Source of the DNA: Tetramitus jugosus
Lineage: Eukaryota; Protista; Heterolobosea
Direction: 5' to 3'
Assembly: GCA_937625935.1 (NCBI GenBank)
Contig: OW569368.1
Span: 424,978-488,977, forward strand
DNA: 64,000 bases
Below the pieces are notes generated by a model. It was not told where the DNA came from. It worked only from the letters and a program-made list of their open reading frames with translations, and searched no databases. The position numbers were made by a program, and so were the translations under genes. Below are positions 58,950-64,000 of this stretch, piece by piece (the stretch's first letter is position 1; each line of letters begins with the position of its first letter).

Positions 58950-60327
58950 GGGGGGTTGGGTTTGGGGATACATAAACCTAGCTCAACCCTTTTTTATTAG
59001 GCCTAATATGGAAGAGGAATGTCTAAATATGGTTTTTGAGTGATTTTGACTTTAGGTTGGGTTTGGACTTCATAAGCCTAAACCCAACCTATAGAGATTA
59101 TGACTGTTTTTAACATTGTCTAACAGGATTTAACAGGATTAAAGCTGTATCGTCTCGAAGAGACGATCGCTCCCTGCTGTAATTAACAGATTTTCTCTGC
59201 AACAGGATTAAAGCTGCAACAGATTTTTATGATAGATTTTTTTCAGAAAAGCATGAGATTAACACTGGACTGCATGATAAGAGACCTGTTTTTTTCAGAT
59301 TTTGGACTGGAATTTTAGACCTCTAGTATTCATTTGAAGCATTAAATCTGTTATTTCTGTCATTTTTTTTGTTTTTTCGGGTTGATTGAGTTGCATTTCA
59401 GTACTTTGACTTTTGATTACCTTGAAATTCTCTTGACTTGATGATTTTCACCAGTTTTAGAGATAATACGGATACATCCTGGATTCCCCAACCTAAGGAA
59501 ACGATTTCCTTATATAGTAATTTTTTTTTGAGATTTTTTATTGCTCTCGGAGCTTCAACAGGATGAGATGAAGAGATCGGCGTGATTTCAACTCGATTTG
59601 AGCTTTATAGGCTCGTAGAGCCGATATATCTGTGCTGTATTAAACAGATTTTTATCGGCAACAGTGTTAAAACTGCAACAGATTTTAGACGACTTTGATT
59701 CTGTATTGGGCGTAAGAGGTACAAGTTAAACATGATTTCTTTGTTTTAAATCAGAGTATTGGGACATTATTTGATCATTTTTCACATAATTTCCGACTAA
59801 AAGTATTTTTTGACTCAGTGTCTTAGTACTTGATTTTTCAGAAATTTGGATTGACTTGATTTAGTGTTTTTCTGAATAGAATCGACAGTTCTTATCTAAT
59901 AATCACTGTAGAATCAGATATTTTATCTATTTAAGAGCCCATTTGATTTAAAATTTTGTCAGATAGTGACATAGTTTGTTTTCCAATTTTAATCTAATTT
60001 ATAGTTGGAATGCCAGATCCAAAGCGTCAGAAATCCAGAGAACTAACTTTTTCTGAGTGACATTTCAGATTTATGATGGAAATCAACTGAGAATCTTTGA
60101 GAAAAATGGTTCTTTTGCGAGAGATTAGCGCTGAAAGAGTGAGAAGCAAAACTTTGTTCTTTCTTGAATGCAGAGTTGAATACCCAGACCCAACCCGTCA
60201 TAACTGAAAAGAAAGAGCAATGATTACTCATTAAACGTGTATTGACTCGCTTGATTGCCTCGAATCCTTCCAGATATGGAATGAGAAGTTTTCGATTTTC
60301 GACAAATACTCATGAATGTCAAGCGAT
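58950..60327 (+). repeat. Internal telomere remnant followed by two diverged non-coding units related to the ends of the YR element
   Basis: GGGTTGGGTTTGGG-GATACAT at 58953-58973; 30-bp exact repeat 59470-59499 = 60347-60376; homologous blocks 59175-59227/59633-59686 and ~59400-59442/59825-59860. Confidence 0.8.
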
Positions 60328-60475
60328 GGGTTGGGTTTGGGTTTGGGGATACATCCTGGATTCCCCAACCTAAGGAGAGCTATTTCCTTATATATCATGT
60401 TTTTTTTTTGCTAGCTATCATTGCACTGGCAGCGTTAGCTGACAGTGCTGAACATCTATATGAAAATTTGAGCTT

Positions 60476-62605
60476 TTATTCACTATCGCTGGAGAGAACA
60501 ATCTCCTCAATATCATACTCCTCTTCACTCTCAGGTTCTACCACTCCCTTATATTGCTCATCCAATTCTCTCTTGAGTCTCTGGTATTTTACCTTGATTG
60601 CTTCAATTTCGTCCTTCTCCTTCTTTGCAAGGACACCTACCTTTCTCTTGTATGTTCCCTCATTCAAAACTAGAGTTGTACTCAACTTTCCTCTCTTCTT
60701 AAATTTCTCTGCCAATTTCTGTGCAACAAATAGTTGAGCTTTCTCATCGGCATAGAACTTTCTTATGAGAGAAGTAGCACCATAAACCCTTTCAATTGAG
60801 ACCTTTCTATCTCTCTTCTTCTCATTAATGTACTGTTGGTCCTTGGCCAACAATATTTTGCACTCAGCAGTTTCCGCCTCTTTCAAGCAGTTTCTCTTCC
60901 AATAGGCAAGCCAAGCAATATCCTTACCACTATCATCATTGATAATTTCATTATCCAAATCAGAATCAAGACTTCTATGATAATCCTTGAAGTAATTTGG
61001 AGGTTGAAGTCTTCTAGCCTTTGGAGCCCACTTCTTTGGCTTTTCACTATTGCACTCATGATAGATGATAGACTGAATGAGGTCAACATCAGTAATATGA
61101 GCATTATCATCAATAGAAGCTATTGGAACATCCTCATCTAAGAATCCCATATCCTTAGCCAATTGACTCAAAGTCCTAAATGATTCAATTCTCTCAGATG
61201 GTTCTTGCAATGAATTGATGGATGAGAAATGTTGAGTAATCCATCTATCATAAGGTTTGAGACTCTCCTTATTCTTCCAGTGAACAAAGGTTGCAAGTGT
61301 ATCAGCTACCTTGTCATCAAACACTCCATTGTTCTCAATTCTGTTTCCCAACAGACAAGTAACAACCAGACCAGATCTCATTGATCTTGTAGAGTACCTC
61401 TTGTCAATAGTTGCAGAGAGACTCTTAATAGCATTACTCATACTCTTGTTAGTCCAAGTAGTAAACTTTCCATGGGGAGTGAACAATGGTTCATCTTGTA
61501 GACCAGGATTCAAAGTGAAGTCACCCTTAATCAAACATTCAGCAGCACTACCTTGCTCAAAAACTCCTCTGATATCAGCCAGGTAAATGAGTAATGAGAT
61601 GTTTGGACACATCTTCAAGTTGACCCAACCAAGCAAGTTCTGTCTCCACACATTAGCAAGTAAAACCTTGTCCTTGACAATCTCCATATCGAGACAAAGA
61701 CGAATCTTGTTGTCAGCAACAATCTTGGTCCAAGTCAAATGTTTCAACTTGACATGTTCAAAAGAATCAGCTCTGAGACCTCTTGCTCTGCCTTGTGCTA
61801 AAACAGCATCCAATCTTGCACCAGAATCAGTTGTTTGATCACATAAGAGTCTTAACTTGACCAAGTCAGGATTCATCAGAGGTTCAACCTTGAACTTGTC
61901 ATTTCCAAACTTTCTGAGTAATGCTCTCAAGGTGTTCTTGATATCAATGGTAAATTCAGCTCTCAAATTTCTATCTCTCTTGGTCTTGTAGAGAAAAGCC
62001 AAAAATCCATAACAGAAAGTACTCTGAATGGTAGAGAACTGATAGTTCTTATCAACCTTGAGCCAATAGAGATACATCATCAAAGTGAGCTTCTTCATTG
62101 GATATGGAGTAGGTTGATACTGGAGGAAGTCTGGAAACTTGGAATCCATCTCTTGCAAGAAAGAAAAGTATCTTCTTTCAGCAAAGATGAACAAATTAAC
62201 AGTAGCAGGAGCATACTGTGTATTGGAGACATTAGCAGTAACAGTAACTGCAGCCTCATTCAATCTTCCCATTTCACCAAGAGAATCAAAAGTAACCTGA
62301 GGGAACAAATCATCATCAGCTCCACCTCTAAAAGAGTCATTGATGTCAGTGAACTCTAGGTCTCTGATGGATCTTGAACTATTGACAGAGTTATTCAACA
62401 GAGTCATCTCAGATTCAGCAATTGTTCTTTCGACTCTAGCCTCCAAGTCATCACCTTCATTGAGTTCAGCCAAGTGACCAAGGTCAAATTCCTCATGATC
62501 ATCCATTTTTTCAAGATCCTTGAACAGTTGGTCAACAGTTTTCTCAAAGGTAGCATCAGCAGGGCAAGCAGCAGCAGGAATAGTAACAGCAGTAATAGCA
62601 GACAT
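60476..62605 (-). CDS. Tyrosine recombinase (integrase family), 709 aa
   Basis: Core-binding-like LMMYLYWLK..KNYQFSTI; catalytic R278 (GLRAD), K313, CP....L..YL, PLF, R407-S-M-R410-SG, W443 and Y452 (Cre-like 9-residue W-Y spacing). Confidence 0.88.
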   Translation of the reverse strand: MSAITAVTIPAAACPADATFEKTVDQLFKDLEKMDDHEEFDLGHLAELNEGDDLEARVERTIAESEMTLLNNSVNSSRSIRDLEFTDINDSFRGGADDDLFPQVTFDSLGEMGRLNEAAVTVTANVSNTQYAPATVNLFIFAERRYFSFLQEMDSKFPDFLQYQPTPYPMKKLTLMMYLYWLKVDKNYQFSTIQSTFCYGFLAFLYKTKRDRNLRAEFTIDIKNTLRALLRKFGNDKFKVEPLMNPDLVKLRLLCDQTTDSGARLDAVLAQGRARGLRADSFEHVKLKHLTWTKIVADNKIRLCLDMEIVKDKVLLANVWRQNLLGWVNLKMCPNISLLIYLADIRGVFEQGSAAECLIKGDFTLNPGLQDEPLFTPHGKFTTWTNKSMSNAIKSLSATIDKRYSTRSMRSGLVVTCLLGNRIENNGVFDDKVADTLATFVHWKNKESLKPYDRWITQHFSSINSLQEPSERIESFRTLSQLAKDMGFLDEDVPIASIDDNAHITDVDLIQSIIYHECNSEKPKKWAPKARRLQPPNYFKDYHRSLDSDLDNEIINDDSGKDIAWLAYWKRNCLKEAETAECKILLAKDQQYINEKKRDRKVSIERVYGATSLIRKFYADEKAQLFVAQKLAEKFKKRGKLSTTLVLNEGTYKRKVGVLAKKEKDEIEAIKVKYQRLKRELDEQYKGVVEPESEEEYDIEEIVLSSDSE

Positions 62606-62709
62606 AGTAACAATATTATTAGTAGTAATAGTAATAGTATAGTGTGTGTTTGTTTTTTGTTGGTGTTTTTTGTCGGTTGGTCGCGAATCATTTTATAGGG
62701 CAAAAAAAA

Positions 62710-62790
62710 ATCTCGGAAGAATCTCGGAAAGAATCCCGCACGCGATCCCGCAAAAAAAATCCACCGCACGCGGATCCCGCACGACGAATC
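62710..62790 (-). promoter_or_regulatory. GC-rich repeat cluster upstream of the YR gene
   Basis: ATCTCGGAA x2, ATCCCGCA x3 and CCGCACGCG x2 within an AT-rich region, 105-185 bp upstream of the ATG. Confidence 0.45.
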
Positions 62791-63200
62791 ATTGAAATAT
62801 CCCGTGAGGAATCCTAACTGACCTTCAACATTTTTACAGTGAACTGGACGTCGCGACTTGGTAGTATGTTGAAGTTGTGCTTTTAGAGATATTCAGCGCA
62901 GGCAAAAATAGTTAGGATGTATTATAAGATGATTCTCAATAGAACACAATGTTATCTACGTACTCTATTGTAAAGAATGAGAAAGCAACATAGAATGACG
63001 GAGGGTGCAACTCCCGAAAATATTTCGAAGGGCAAAAGAGTATAAAAGTGAATCTCTGATGCACTGATCGAAATAAACCAACAAACTCATTAAACATAGA
63101 TAAAGAAGGTTAATTTTTGAAATCTGGGTGAAAAATAGACAGAGAAATGTGTTGGTAAACTTTTTGAGTTTTTAGGTAGAAAAAAAAAAATTGAAGTCGA

Positions 63201-64000
63201 TTTGGGTTTGGGTTTGGGTTTGGGTTTGGGTTTGGGTTTGGGTTTGGGTTTGGGTTTGGGTTTGGGTTTGGGTTTGGGTTTGGGTTTGGGTTTGGGTTTG
63301 GGTTTGGGTTTGGGTTTGGGTTTGGGTTTGGGTTTGGGTTTGGGTTTGGGTTTGGGTTTGGGTTTGGGTTTGGGTTTGGGTTTGGGTTTGGGTTTGGGTT
63401 TGGGTTTGGGTTTGGGTTTGGGTTTGGGTTTGGGTTTGGGTTTGGGTTTGGGTTTGGGTTTGGGTTTGGGTTTGGGTTTGGGTTTGGGTTTGGGTTTGGG
63501 TTTGGGTTTGGGTTTGGGTTTGGGTTTGGGTTTGGGTTTGGGTTTGGGTTTGGGTTTGGGTTTGGGTTTGGGTTTGGGTTTGGGTTTGGGTTTGGGTTTG
63601 GGTTTGGGTTTGGGTTTGGGTTTGGGTTTGGGTTTGGGTTTGGGTTTGGGTTTGGGTTTGGGTTTGGGTTTGGGTTTGGGTTTGGGTTTGGGTTTGGGTT
63701 TGGGTTTGGGTTTGGGTTTGGGTTTGGGTTTGGGTTTGGGTTTGGGTTTGGGTTTGGGTTTGGGTTTGGGTTTGGGTTTGGGTTTGGGTTTGGGTTTGGG
63801 TTTGGGTTTGGGTTTGGGTTTGGGTTTGGGTTTGGGTTTGGGTTTGGGTTTGGGTTTGGGTTTGGGTTTGGGTTTGGGTTTGGGTTTGGGTTTGGGTTTG
63901 GGTTTGGGTTTGGGTTTGGGTTTGGGTTTGGGTTTGGGTTTGGGTTTGGGTTGGGTTTGGGTTTGGGTTTGGGTTTGGGTTTGGGTTTGGGTTGGGTTTG
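63201..64000 (+). repeat. Telomere (TTTGGG)n
   Basis: 800 bp of TTTGGG with the G-rich strand running toward the window end; TTGGG variants at ~63951 and ~63992. Confidence 0.97.

Larger units (their letters stand above)
60328..63200 (-). mobile_element. Putative telomere-inserted tyrosine-recombinase element (Crypton-like architecture)
   Basis: Single YR ORF; telomere repeats on the left (60328-60348) and the telomere on the right (63201 onward); no RT, TIR or LTR. Confidence 0.65.

Noticed and set aside
60328-60348. Telomerase RNA gene
   Set aside because: More than three repeats, located at a junction echoed at 58953; better explained as a telomere remnant, and no other telomerase RNA features can be verified by eye.
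58950-63200. DIRS/Ngaro retrotransposon or hairpin-telomere (protelomerase) end
   Set aside because: No RT, RNase H or gag ORF and no split repeats; the chromosome ends in a simple repeat array, not a palindrome.

Overview
Right end of a chromosome from a compact-genome microbial eukaryote. Evidence: standard code, short GT-AG introns (CTAAC branch points in several), a flagellar DRC11 gene, and gene families that suggest a heterolobosean/discobid-like protist (inference). Positions 1-~45.7 kb are mostly a dense housekeeping region: ELO, YhhN, Mpv17, uricase, CRAL-TRIO, PRP8, TRM61, F-box/LRRs, PPase, NOM1, DRC11, U2AF1, PAM16, an ATM1/HMT1-like ABC transporter, a VWA protein, a Zn-dehydrogenase, LRR, Kelch and MDH. 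From ~41 to 58.9 kb a subtelomere accumulates broken genes and small inverted-repeat elements, including a Crinkler-like NTPase-nuclease gene lying between two halves of a CRT-like transporter pseudogene. The window ends in a (TTTGGG)n telomere (63201-64000). The main discovery candidate is the last ~4.3 kb before the telomere. An intact 709-aa tyrosine recombinase gene with no RT and a Daxx-like C-terminal SUMO-interaction motif lies in a ~2.85-kb unit bounded on both sides by telomere repeats. It is preceded by two non-coding units with related ends, telomere-mimicking inverted repeats and covarying hairpins. This looks like a telomere-targeted tyrosine-recombinase element family stacked at a chromosome end.
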